A stretch of DNA of 64,000 bases, from NCBI RefSeq assembly GCF_026571515.1, contig NW_026859154.1, positions 124,001-188,000 on the forward strand, read 5' to 3'. Within the stretch, counting starts at the first letter, position 1, and each line of letters begins with the position of its first letter. Source of the DNA: Ruditapes philippinarum. Taxonomy: Eukaryota. This document shows positions 1 to 12,733 of the stretch, one piece after another. The position numbers and the translations under genes are program-made. The notes under the pieces were generated by a model, which was not told where the DNA came from, did no database searches, and saw only the letters and a list, made by a program, of their open reading frames with translations.

Positions 1-564
1 ATCAAAAAAAGCATATCCTGACAATTACAGACTCGCTTTTATTGAGTCTGTACAGGAGAAATAATGCAATGCGCAACATCTTTATACCACAAGCATCGGC
101 TTAATTTGTGATCAGTCATCAGCACTAATGATATTGAAAGCAATGCTCTTATGTGTACGCTGCAATGCTTAAGTCTACACCCGGCAAATATATAAGTGAA
201 AATTAAGTTCTTAAAAAGATAAAAAAAAAATATTAAAGATTCTGTTCAAACCACTGTAAATACACCCTAGTATCGGCTGAAACAGTATTTAACATTTTTA
301 AATGGCAATGACCATCTTTTAAAGTTCTGAAACATCTGCAGATATTGTCATACGAGGTGGACCCTTCGATTGGTCACTTTTGTGCCACATATGTAGCGCG
401 GTGTGTTGTCCCAAATAATTGAATGCAAATATACCAAACCATAAACACTATTGGTAGGACGAATTTTAAATAAAATGAAGTTTTGAAATATCTTTTATTG
501 TTATGTGATTTATTTTGCGGCGCACCAACACAATTCATACGGTGCTGAAACAGGAACAAAGATT

Positions 565-710
565 TAAACTTTAGGCGATACAAACTTTAAGCAACACAAG
601 GTGTCAAAACCACCTCATCTGCTGTAGCTAAGAGATACATAGACAATTTATTCGAATTCATTTAGTCGCCTTTTACGATCACACAGTGATAAACAATGGC
701 TGTTATTCAA
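565..710 (+). repeat. Dispersed repeat fragment shared with about 11954-12100
   Basis: Both sites contain AAAACCACCTCA..AGCTAAGAG..CATAGAC..TTATTCGAAT.CATTTAGTCGCCT...CGATCAC.CAG.GATAAAC. Confidence 0.75.
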
Positions 711-1407
711 AAGCTTTAGAGGCAACCAGGGAAGATTTGTAACGAGACCAGAGGTTCAGAGGTTCTAATCTGAAATAACTTATTCCTTTTATATGAAACT
801 ACTGTTTCTAGTTGTCCTAATGTGTTGCCTTCTTTTAAATTCTTCTTAATCATTGCAATAAGGCATTCGTCACTGTTATATCTACTCAGTCATAAATAAT
901 GAAACGTTAGATGTTTATTATTGCTTTCTATGCTTTTATTTCAAAATTCCTTTTCGTTAATTATAACTTATACGTGCTAGATACAATAATTGTGCCATGC
1001 CCTAAACAACAAGGTGTATGCATTTAAGTGTCTAATTTCCTATAAATGTAACAATTTTGCCTTAATGAAACTATTTCACTTTTGTTACAAATGCCAAAGT
1101 CGGTGACAAAATGAATACAGGTAAACAAATTTGGTCGTAGGAGCAGAAAACGATTAAACCACACCTGAAAATGAGTGAGTGACGTTAAAAGCGTTTATGG
1201 TTTATTGCCTTGCTTTGTGACGTCATTTACTTGTGAATATTAAAGGTAAAAATATCTATTAGTCTATTAGTCTGAGAATTATGTTAATACGTCAAAGCGA
1301 TAAGATATTATGGCAAATAAATAAGGATCGGAGTAGTTGGGTTGTAAAGGAATTATTTGTATGACGTAAAAGGTGCCCATTAGGATATGTATTGTTTATT
1401 TGTTTTA

Positions 1408-1446
1408 TTTTGTTGTTGATGTTGTTGTTGTTGTTGTTGTTGTCGT
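1408..1446 (+). repeat. (TTG)n microsatellite
   Basis: Read directly from the sequence. Confidence 0.9.
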
Positions 1447-2378
1447 CAGGATTTTCATTTTAACACGTTTTCATTTCCCTGATGAATTCAGAAATCCAAT
1501 TTATTACACGGGTTTGTCGGTTTTAAACTATAACTATTTTGATTAAATATTTACCTTCACATATTCTTTATGTATGCTGCAAATATTGTTTTAATTTTAT
1601 AATTTAATTATTTTTACCCAAACCATGAATTAATTGTTTTTTAAGAATAAATATAATATTCTTTCTGTTATCGGGTATAAAGAGCACCTGGGCGTTTACT
1701 CAACCATTAAAGCTTGAAAGTCACCATATGTCCTGTTATGTGTTGGTACGAGGTTAATTCCAATCGTCCAACCTCTATTAATATTTATTCAATATATACA
1801 AATTATTGTCATCTACAATATTATTTTTGTGTATGTTTGGTATATGTCTGCTATTGTACCGTTGCTTCAAACGTTGACGAAGATGTTTTTAATTTTTCAA
1901 CCATTAATCGACATTCATAAGTAAAATTACCTTTCTCCTAGATTTATCACAGACCTTGAAAACATCGGCCACTTTCTTCTTTAATGTAAATATCTTTTAA
2001 AAAGTTTGTCATTACGGATTTTCTTGTGTTTTAATTTCGCTCAAATTAAGATGTTTTGTTTAGATAGTATTTTGTTGGGTTCCGCCCATTTTTTTCTCGT
2101 TTAGGGCATATGCTTTCTTTTACTTATCTCAAAAATAATAATAATAATGTTTTGTCTGGCAAGTTTTTTGTGACCCTTATTCTTTAAGTAGGCATTTTTT
2201 GTTCTCTACATGTTAAAATAAAGCACATAAATATGGTAGTCAACAAGTTTTCAGAAAGGCGATCTACAGTGTGACTGTTGTAAAGACGATAAGACCTGGG
2301 ATGCTTTTCTATGTGCATATTTGGCAAAAAGTAAAATCTGGCGACTTTTGGGCTATTAGATGCTCAGTCAGTAACTGT

Positions 2379-2588
2379 TTGTTTGTTTCATTTTACGCCT
2401 TTTTCCAACAGTATTTCAGTCATATAGGCGGGTAGTTTCCTAACCATCGTTGCTTGAGAGTTACACCAGTACTAGACTACCTTCCTCCGCGCTAAACTAC
2501 TAAAGCATCTCCCGGGGATCGAACCCACGCCAGAGAGGTAACTTGATTATAAGTCATCGACTCTAACCCCTCGACCACGGAGGCGGTC
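2379..2588 (-). mobile_element. tRNA-derived SINE with (AAAC)n tail
   Basis: Minus strand has A box TGGTCGAGGGG, B box GGTTCGATCCC and an (AAAC)n tail. Flanking duplication GT[C/T]AGTAACTGT at about 2367-2378 and 2589-2600. A 3' fragment of the same family lies at about 35457-35540. Confidence 0.8.
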
Positions 2589-4050
2589 GTTAGTAACTGT
2601 ATTGATACTTCAAAATACGTTAATAAGTATATAAAACACCCAAGTACTTTGGTATCTTATACAATGTATGAACACTTATTCTTTACAATTCTATTTTAAA
2701 CAAAAAACTGCGTGTTTATTTTCTTCATGGGATCCATTTTTCTTTAAAAGGCATTTTATAAATCATACATTTTCATAAATATATAATTATATACATGTAT
2801 ATATAATGTGTATAAGTGGAGGCATGCATTTGCGTAAATCAATTTGTAGTGTTAGAGCAAAATGCATTTTGACATGTATAAAATTCACCTGTCGTACAGT
2901 AATTGATAATTAATTATTATTTACGACAAAACTTGTAAAAAAGGTAATAAATTACATGTGTCCTTTAAAATTTACTTTATACATTGTACTGGTTAATCTG
3001 ACAAATAAATTATTTATAAATTCCAATCTGTTAATATAGGTATTTTTTTACTTTGCAACCAAAGTGAATATAAATTATATATAATTTTGATTTCTTAAAT
3101 CTAAATTGTGAAATATTTATGTTTATTACATACCTATAAATGAAATATTGATGCAATGAAATGCGTATGCAATGAAATGCGTATTGTTTCACTGCAGAGA
3201 AACATATTTTCCGTATTTTCACTGGTGTCTTGTCAGACTAATTTTTTTTCAAAATTCTACCAGTACACATAATTTAAGGGAAAGCCTTTCAAATTGTAAT
3301 GTCTAAAAAAAGAAAAATGTATGTAATAAACTTAAACATAAAGTGTTTTTCTATGAACACATGATTTATTTAAAATTGTGGTATGAAAACTATCATATTT
3401 CACTCGTGGCTACCGCCACTCATGATCTATTTATTTTCATACCACTCGAAGAACATAAAACCTGTATGCAGAGAAAAACACTTAAATATCTTTTTTATAC
3501 AGATCAGTACCTGCATGGAAGCATCATTCTAAAAATAACGAAACAAGATTTCTAAGACGAATACGTTGAACTTCGTAGACTAACACATGATGTTACACTG
3601 CCGCTAGCTGTAAAGACGCTAACTTAATAAAGCTACTTTTACAATATATGTGATGACCCCTTGACTTATTACATAGACAGAGTTATATTAAACACTGAAA
3701 ATGTAAATATGCCCATAATAATCATCACACACTGATGTAGACGTCATTCAAAAAATGATATAAATTTAATTCAAATATTCATCTGCCAGGAAAAGGTGCA
3801 TCAATATAACATGATTTTAATTAGCTCTTTGACTGAGTGATGAATGTTGAACATTTAATTTGCTGACGATATATTTGACATATGAAGTGTCGGACAAGAA
3901 TAGCCATGTTCATGAAGACAATGTCTTAAATTAAATATTTCAATAAACAAAAAAAAAAAGAAGAAAAAAGTTGATTTTGTAGAAATAGAAATTATATTGA
4001 AAAGACTTCATTGAACTTCAAACGTATCATAATATTTCCTTTGATATAAA

Positions 4051-4129
4051 TGACTCAATCAAACCGAGCCTGTAGTTCTCTTGTAATTTTGTTGTGATAA
4101 ATGCTTCCGAGGGATCACTTTGTTTCCAG
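4051..4129 (-). repeat. Inverted partial copy (about 80 bp) of the 298-bp array unit
   Basis: Reverse complement of about 13041-13117, ending at the same CTGGAAAC boundary. More diverged relatives at about 28-105 and 22333-22400. Confidence 0.85.
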
Positions 4130-5673
4130 TTATTTATTATCTGACTCACTTTACAAGTACACGGTCACAGTGGTTTGCCTTAAATATTTCAAGTAAAAAG
4201 TCTTTTACAGAGATAAATTATTTCTAAGTATGTGCAAGATATGCGTGGGGAAAAAGTTAACCTATTTATAAGTATTCTTTCATAGCAATTTCATAGCATG
4301 GTGTGTGACAGGTCAATTGTTTTCTAAATAACAACACAGTAAGGGGTCAAAATTGAAAAAAAAAGCTTGTTCAAACATAAAGAAAAACTTTTAAATTGCT
4401 TTGATATTTGTCGTATTGTTTGGTCTTTAAAGGGAATAAAAATTTTATTACATCATATATGTAATGACCAGTAGATCGATTTAAATTAAAAGGTTGAAAT
4501 ATCATTGGAGCTGTATGTGCCTTTAAATAAGATCCTTGACCCCGGGTGTATTGTATATCGTAACTGATTTAACAATCTAACAATTGCATTTTTTTCTCTC
4601 TCTCTCTCTCTCTTTTGCATTGTTACATTTTTGCTTGTTAAATTTTGGCTTTACGGTTGAATAAACGTATGCCCGCGTCATTAGAAATGGATAGATTTTA
4701 ACAAAATATGTAAACATAGAATTTAAAATTAAAGGTCAGCATCATTTAAGACATTATAAATTCCGTTTTTAAATCAAGGACTAATAAATTGGACGCCGTT
4801 CTTCCATATGCTGTGACCTATTGCATATGTATAATAATTCGTCACATGTCTAACCGTACCACGAAAATGCGAAAGAAAAGTGATACAAATAGAAAAGATA
4901 ACAATTCAAAAATACGACAAAAGAACAATGTTATATTGCTAAACATGAAACAATTCGGAAAAGGAAAAAAGATGCGAAAAAAGTAAATATGCGAACATGC
5001 AAATTAAGGAGAGAAAAAACGTGTTTTTGTCTAATTTAAGTTAAGCATGACATAAGAAGAAATATTTTATCTGCTATAGATTCTGCGTAAAAATGTTGAA
5101 TATCCCTACCCTACCTATTAAAATGAAAAGGGCCACGCAAAAGATTACGTCAAAATCTTGCTTTATCGTTGCCGACTTTTGGTAAGATATATATTGCAGT
5201 TACGTTTCAATGTGTTTGAATATTGTGATTTGTGAATACAGTGTAATTATAGTTTTAGCAAATAGAAATAATCGTACTTCAAACGATCTTACATGTTTGA
5301 GGAGAAACATAATCTTATGTCACAGGTTTCGTTATGTAAAAAAAATCAAACTTTATGATAATATACTAACATCAGTCTTTCATAAAAAGAACATGGTTCT
5401 AACTAAAATAAAAGAACAACAAAATGTGCATTATTTATAATGTGAATCAAGAATAACACTTTTTGAGTTTTATTTTTTACTTTTTTATTAACATTGCTTT
5501 TTATATTGAGTGTACATTGTAAATGCACATATCTTCATATGTTACTTTCATATTTAAGTATAGTGATTATAAACCCTTTGATAAATGATTAACACCGGCA
5601 AAATCTGTAAAACTTTAATATATTGTTGTCTTGTATTATGTTATTCATGGATATTTTGTATTTGAAAATAAGT

Positions 5674-5679
5674 TTTATT
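5674..5679 (-). terminator. Candidate polyadenylation signal of gene C
   Basis: AATAAA on the minus strand, about 38 nt after the TAG at 5719-5717. Confidence 0.45.
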
Positions 5680-5716
5680 TAGATGCAGTTAGTAGCATTG
5701 AGATTTTTGGAATTTG

Positions 5717-8700
5717 CTATTTTCCCCATGTTCCAAAATCAAGTGGTTCATCATGCCATTGACCAATCGACGGTTGTTCTATTCCATAATCTGAAAAACA
5801 TAGATTTAATATAGACAACATGAAACGTTATCACAAACAAATCAAAAAACCGTTCTGAATTTTATAGAAATAACATTTGCTTGCCATTTTAGAAAATCCT
5901 TTGCTAATATGTCTGAATTTCTTTTCTTTTTTTCTTTTAATTTATAGCCGTCTAATTACACTTGTTTATGTATTTTTCACACCTGGTAAAGGTACTTTGC
6001 TTTGATACAAAAGTTTCTGACAAACTTCAAGGTTTTCATGAAATTAATTTTAATTTATATCAAATGTTTCATTATAAATTTTGTTTGATGTAAGACCCGT
6101 GTTAACTCTAAGAACCAATTTTCAAAAGATAACTGAATCTCTTATGACATATTTTATAAATGCCAAAATATGAATCTGGGAAGACAACACCTCTAATTTA
6201 CATACATACATACCAGATGAAGATGCGAGGGTGGTACATTTGTTTCCATGACATTGGTATAGTCCATAACATGAACAGTCGTGATTTGTCACACAACTCT
6301 TAGTATCAATGGTGTCACAATCACTCTATCAAATAAACAAACAAATATGCTGAAAAAGATGGTCATTACGAACGGCACGTCAAATTAGAATATACATGTA
6401 TAACATCGCATTACATGTGCCTAATGATTTCTTTTTTTTATATACTTTCGTTAAAAAAGGACATTAATTAAAAGATAATTATAATTCTATATTATATTAT
6501 ATTAAGTGCATATCTGACAGTATCCCCCGTGACAGGAATCCATACAAAATGTGTTTGAATCATATTTTTTTTAGAATAAATGAATGTTTTTTTTCAACTT
6601 ATTTATGAACGAAATTACAGAGAAATTATTAATACAAGAATCTAAATATGCAGTGTGAAACACGTTCTCGGAGGACGCGCTATGAAATAAATCTAGTTAT
6701 GAAAGAGAACTCAATTAATAAAGAGTGTTATCATAAGGGAATGTTATTTCCCAGTGAAAGCGTCACGGGAATTTGTGTTTTCACAGTAAATGCGAAGCAG
6801 GTTGGTCTCCTCCAAAACTTGATTGCATTAATAGTTTAAACTTTTGACCTTCCTATATAGACGTGATTTAAAGGCTCTGAAATTTTGTTCTAATTGTAAT
6901 ACTTTTTTTCAACATAAAAACCTTTTTAACTTTGAACATTCGCAATAAGTAACACCATTTTCATGTGGTTATATCAAACCATATATTTGCAAGTATTTAT
7001 ACTTTATGCACCTGATTTAGTTATCATAATTAATGAAAATAACTATAGGAGGATTTTTGATTTTGGGTAAACACCAAGACACATATTAGTATGGACAACA
7101 TAAAAATATAAATTCCAGTAATTTACTTATTTTGCAATTTGTTTTTATAAAAAAAAGTGGTAAAAGAAAATCGCGTTTTTATTTTATTGAAGTCTTCATT
7201 TAACCTATGTTAAGGTGGAATATTGATTTAAAAACAAATAAAACACTTAAAACTTTGAAAACATATGTGTTCAAACAGTTTTTAACATTAAAAGTTATTA
7301 ATGTTTATGAGTAAGTAATATGTATTAGATTTTCTAACATGGGCTATGAATTTTTTATCGTAAAACAGATTTAAATGCATTTCGTTAAAGTCAAATGGAA
7401 GCATACAAAATTTAATAAACATATTTTGTTGATAAAAACGTCACAATTATTATAGAATCAACTTTTAAAATAAATCATTCGTCCTTATTCCTACAATAAT
7501 CATCTCCTCCAAAAGTATAAACGATACAAAGATAACATTAAATTGTATTTTCTTATCTATGTGATTGTTTATATTCATTTTAATATATATTGTTTTGTTT
7601 CGATAAAGTAAGGTTGTAAAGTTTTTGTAAAGAATGAAACACTTACATCATCAGAATTGAAAGACCCAAAGCCCTCTTCAAATGGATCAATAACATCATT
7701 ATAATACAATGACTCAACGCCAAATTGAGGCTTTGCATTCACAGGTTTGAAATCAGAAAATCCTGATGCTTCATTACTGGGTATGGAACTTTTTTCTGTC
7801 GAGTCCTCAAAAAATCCAAAATCTCCAAAACCGTCGTCCATTGAAATGGCACTGTGCGCACTTTTCATATCATTGTGTTTAATTCCCTGATTATTAATCT
7901 CCTCTTCTGTTTCGTATAAATATTGTGCGTCACTCCCAGCACCATAAGGTTGACTCTCGATGAAAAAGTCACCATTTGGTTCGGTGAATTCTATGAAAGT
8001 ATCGAATCCATTGTCTGGACTTGATGCAAAACCATTTAAAACATCTGAAGTATGTAAACTTTCCGCGTTTATTTCGTTATGATTTTGATGCTGCTTTAAT
8101 GAATATATTTGATGTAAGTCATTATTTGGAGTAATTTCTGCTACATCTTGCCCATTATCAATAAATGAAAAGAAATCACCGTCTGTATTTAAATCTGAAA
8201 CATATTCAGGAAACTTTTTGAATTTAGGCGTGATTGCTTTGAAAATTCCATTGTTTTTGGGAAAGGTTCATACTTTTGAATGTTGTTGGGGCAGTTAATG
8301 GTTAAAAGTATCCATCACTTTACTTTGTTGCATTTTTGAGTAAATACTTTATCCAAATAAGTGTATTTCGCATTTCATTGGTATAATCCTTTTAAGTTAG
8401 TATTCTCAAAATCGTTTTCAAATATCAATGGGCTATGTTCCAACAATTTTAAATCTTTGCTGTTTAATAGCTCTTTAGTTTTAGGCTTCAGTAATGTCTG
8501 TATAATTGATTTACTTAAAGACGGCATTACTTCATCAATAGGTAAATGTTCATGTTTTACATTTTGCTTGTCCTTTTTTGGATTCTTCAAATGAAATGTA
8601 AACGATTTAACTCCTGAAAAATGATCAACATACGGCCTAATAGATTTTGGTTTATCCCCATTGTTTATATAAGTCGACTTAAAACTTGACAAGGGATGTT

Positions 8701-9022
8701 CTTCATTTAGCAGCATCGAGTTCTTTTTAAAGTTCTGAAGACTTGTTATAAACGGTGAAAATTGAAACGTAGGTTGAAACTTTTGTTCCGGTTTAATAGA
8801 GGATTTTCGATTGAATGCTACGGGATTGAACTCAAAGAAACGTTTTAATTTATTGTTTGCCGGAACATATGGAACAGACGAAGATTGTTTCAATCTTAAT
8901 AATCGTGTTTTATCCACTTGCATAGGATTAAGTGACGATTCAATATTTCCAATCCGAAATCCATCTAATCCAAGAATGTTATAAAGTATCCAAAGAATCA
9001 AAGGTTTTGCATTTATTTCCAT
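5717..9022 (-). CDS. Gene C: putative secreted low-complexity protein with a C-terminal 6-Cys domain; exon 1 interrupted (extra intron or pseudogene)
   Basis: ATG 9022 begins a signal-like segment (MEINAKPLILWILYNILGLDG). The frame is open to 8375; a second stop-free frame runs 8267-7647 to a GAT|gtaagt donor. Exon 6325-6214 = SDCDTIDTKSCVTNHDCSCYGLYQCHGNKCTTLASSS (phase 0/1). Exon 5790-5717 = DYGIEQPSIGQWHDEPLDFGTWGK-stop (phase 1). AATAAA at 5679-5674. Confidence 0.68.
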
Positions 9023-10311
9023 ATTTCAACTACAAATCAAAGGCAACTTGCATTAAAAGTTGAACAAGAAAGTAACTTATAACAATAAATAGCTGCAACT
9101 CTTTCAAATCGTGTTTTATGTTTTTACTCAATTTATTCTGAAATCAAACTGCTGTACTAAAGACAATTTAATCATAGCCTCAATATTTTATTGCGTATCC
9201 TTATTTTATGCTGAATTATGATTTAAAACAATTTTCAAAATATATACAACATGGTTTAGTTTTGTTTCTATCCAGTGTACACATAGTCCTTGTAATATTC
9301 TGTTAAAGAGTGAGAGGTTTAACTTACTATTCAATTATAAATATTTTCAGGCTTCACCTCCTCATTACGGATAAAGATTTACTCAAAGCAGTTTCCTTCT
9401 TTCTAATTTTGCCAATCCTTCAAAAGCATTAAAATGACGAATCAAAAGATTTTCTCCCTCTAATGAATATCTCCTTAATTTAGACAAAAAACCCTTTACT
9501 TATTTATATTAATCGTTCACATCAAATAAACCGTTTGATATTACCACGATACGTTTATATCTCCTGATACATTATCGCTTATTAAGACAATATTGAAAAA
9601 ACAAAGTGGAGTCTATCAACTAATGGTATGCCAGTTATATTTCCAATAGTGTTGACGATGTGGCGGAGTTTGTACGTAAGCCAATATCGTAATTCAAAAA
9701 CTATTTTCTATACGAACTGAGAGATTACCACGTCACAAAGCGTACGGAACATGGAGAGTAAACAAGAGACACCGTTTCTTAAATAGTAGTCTTAGTCATG
9801 TACTGAACTTGTAGGAGTAGAAAAAAACATGTAATTATGGTAGGAGGGAATATGTATTTTCGAGGACGTCACATGGAGACGATGATTTAAAGACGATTTT
9901 ATTGATGGGACTTTGTTAAAATATGTTCCGCGCAATTTCAACATGTTATCTTTAAATAACAGTTTTCTAGTCAGACGATGCACACATTTTTAATTATTAT
10001 ATTTATGCACGATTAGAAATAAGAGACCTGTTGTTGATATCTTTTTCTGCAATTAAACTATTTAAATTGTCTGTTCGTTTTTTATCCTTTTAAAGTCTTG
10101 CACGGATTAAAGCTCCTAGTTTTTTACCAGCTCACAAGGAAGCACAAAATAGTAACTGTAGGATGTTATATCAGTTGCCACATTTATCGATTATCATTCC
10201 ATTGATTTAAATTAAACTTTTTGATTTCGTGATTAATAAAGTTCAAGGTCCGTTATTTTTAATTTTTACTTACTTTTAATTTTAAATACATATTCAATTA
10301 TTTTATTTAAA

Positions 10312-10315
10312 ATTA

Positions 10316-10359
<44 letters not shown>
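10312..10359 (+). repeat. (ATT)n microsatellite
   Basis: Read directly from the sequence. Confidence 0.95.
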
Positions 10360-12733
10360 TAAAAATACCTCAGAAATACCCTTTTACAACTTGTCCTTTC
10401 TTCAAATTGTCTAATTCGGCAGCTATTTTTTCGTCTAATCGTTCTGAATTATTTCGAGTGTCTAACGACTTCGTGTGCCGGTTACTTATACATGTATGAT
10501 TTTGAGTCGAATTCCAAGTAAACTTGTTGACCCTTTACAACTTCTAACATTGATGAATAGCAAGTATTAATTTTGATTAGTTCAGGGCTATAAATGCCAA
10601 AACATTTATCAAACATGACCCACCCACAAGCTAAATGAAAATTTTAATTGTTTGTAAATTATTTAATTGGTTAGTTAATTGTAAGAATGTGATTATCGAT
10701 TTACAAGTTCATTTTAATATCGCTGTAGATGGTTTTATACCTTACATACGTTAATCATGATAATGTCAATATTTTAATACTGAGAGTAGTGGAATTTGTA
10801 TATCACTTAACAATCTAATTTCCCAATTCATGATTAAAGCAAGCCAAGCGAAATCGGAATTAACTTTAATTGCAGAAGTGTTTGCCTGCGAATTTGCAAT
10901 AATGACTCCATACACTTTCCATAATCCAAAGTTCAATGCGATTTCGAAACGCTAGTTAGCATTTAAATTTATTCAATTTACGTGTGAAAGGATTATCGAA
11001 GTTACAGCATGAAATGTTACTATTGATTTGGAATTAAATCAATGTACAAAATAATTCAAAACGTTTATCACAGGCAGATATATTAAGCCGGTACAGAATT
11101 GGACACTAGGTGCCGACAAAGACGGTGATTCTGTAATAAGGGTAACAGGTTTAGGTTGTAACGGGGCTCTTCCGAGTTTTTAATTAACAATGTCTCAAAA
11201 ACCTGATAATCCTGCATGTGACGGAAAACAGTTTTATACGTTTCTTTTTCTTTGTATAACGTATTAATTATAGGAAGTAAACATGACATTTAGCACGATT
11301 TCTTTTTTTTACAGCATATACATTTTAAGCGTCATTCATTTACGGCAGAATGATATCATCCTTAGCACTTGACTCATTCATATGTTACCAAAGAAAATAC
11401 CTCAATTTTAGGGCTGCGTTCAAACTTCCCTCTCTATTGTTGGTCTTTACTTCTATATTACATTAATAAAGCTAACGAAACGACGTCATGTCGACGTCAT
11501 TTTACACAAGTTACCATTTTTATAATTATCGTGATTTGTTTTACAATATATTCGGTTGTTTCGTTTTGTTGGCTTTCAAGTTCAATAACTATTACAGTCC
11601 ATGAACAAAGCATCATACCGAGCTTGAAACATTTTCACTTTTGCAGATTTTGTCGTCGTTTTTTTTCTCTTTTCTGTTTCATTGAGCCTGCTCATGGATG
11701 GTAGTGGTAAATACAAGGTACTGTCTACACCCACTAACGCCGGATTAAACAGAATTCAACATAAAGCAAGAATATGGTGAAATAATTTTTAATTTAGAAA
11801 CATCAGCAGATGTGTAAATACGGCACAAAACAACAACAACAACAAACAAGAACACAATGAACGAAAGGTCATATAACGACAGTCCATGTTTGGTTTCATG
11901 GCGAACCATCATAGTATAGGTCATATTGCGCCGACAGGAATAATGATTCTGGCTAAACTCTGGTGTTTTAAACTTCAAAGCCACACAAAAAGTCAAAAAC
12001 CACCTCAAATTCTGGAGCTAAGAGCAGCATAGACTCTACTTATTCGAATCCATTTAGTCGCCTCTGCCGATCACGCAGAGATAAACGGTACCTGCAGTTC
12101 TGACGCCTCAGACGTTAAAAAAAATCCTCAGACACATGGGTATTACGGAATAGATAAAAACACAAATCGAAATAGCTTAATTTTGACGAAAAACTTATAT
12201 ATGTATAAAACTACTAAAAAGGTTATATGACACAAAATGATTACATGTATATTACTTTCTTGGTAACATATAAACTTTGATTCAAATGAATACTAATATA
12301 AACATTATGTTGTTTACATATTTTTATTAGCGATTCTCGAAAGATTTGTAACAAAGAATGACTCTGTTATTTAACACACATCCATATTTTATGTAAGCAG
12401 AGTAAAATGGTCCAGAACAAAACATTGTTCTGCTATTTAAAAAAGGTTTTAATTGCTTAGCAATAATTTCGTGCATATGTCATTATGGTAAAAGACAAAC
12501 TTATTTACTGTTTTTTCGATCCATTCTTCTTTTTTGTCAAATTACAAACAATGTTTTTGAAAAGATGTAGGCAGCAGACATAAAACTTGAAATACTTAAA
12601 GAATCAGTTTTATACATTTCATATACATAGTATTATTTGATGTTCATGGTAACAAAAAAACATGTATATGTCATATTCTAACACTATCGGTAATGTTTCT
12701 ATGTAAACCAAGTAAACAAAGAAGTCCCGAAGC

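Noticed and set aside
2510-2588. tRNA gene (also 48615-48692)
   Set aside because: A/B boxes are attached to SINE bodies with tails and TSDs; no complete cloverleaf.
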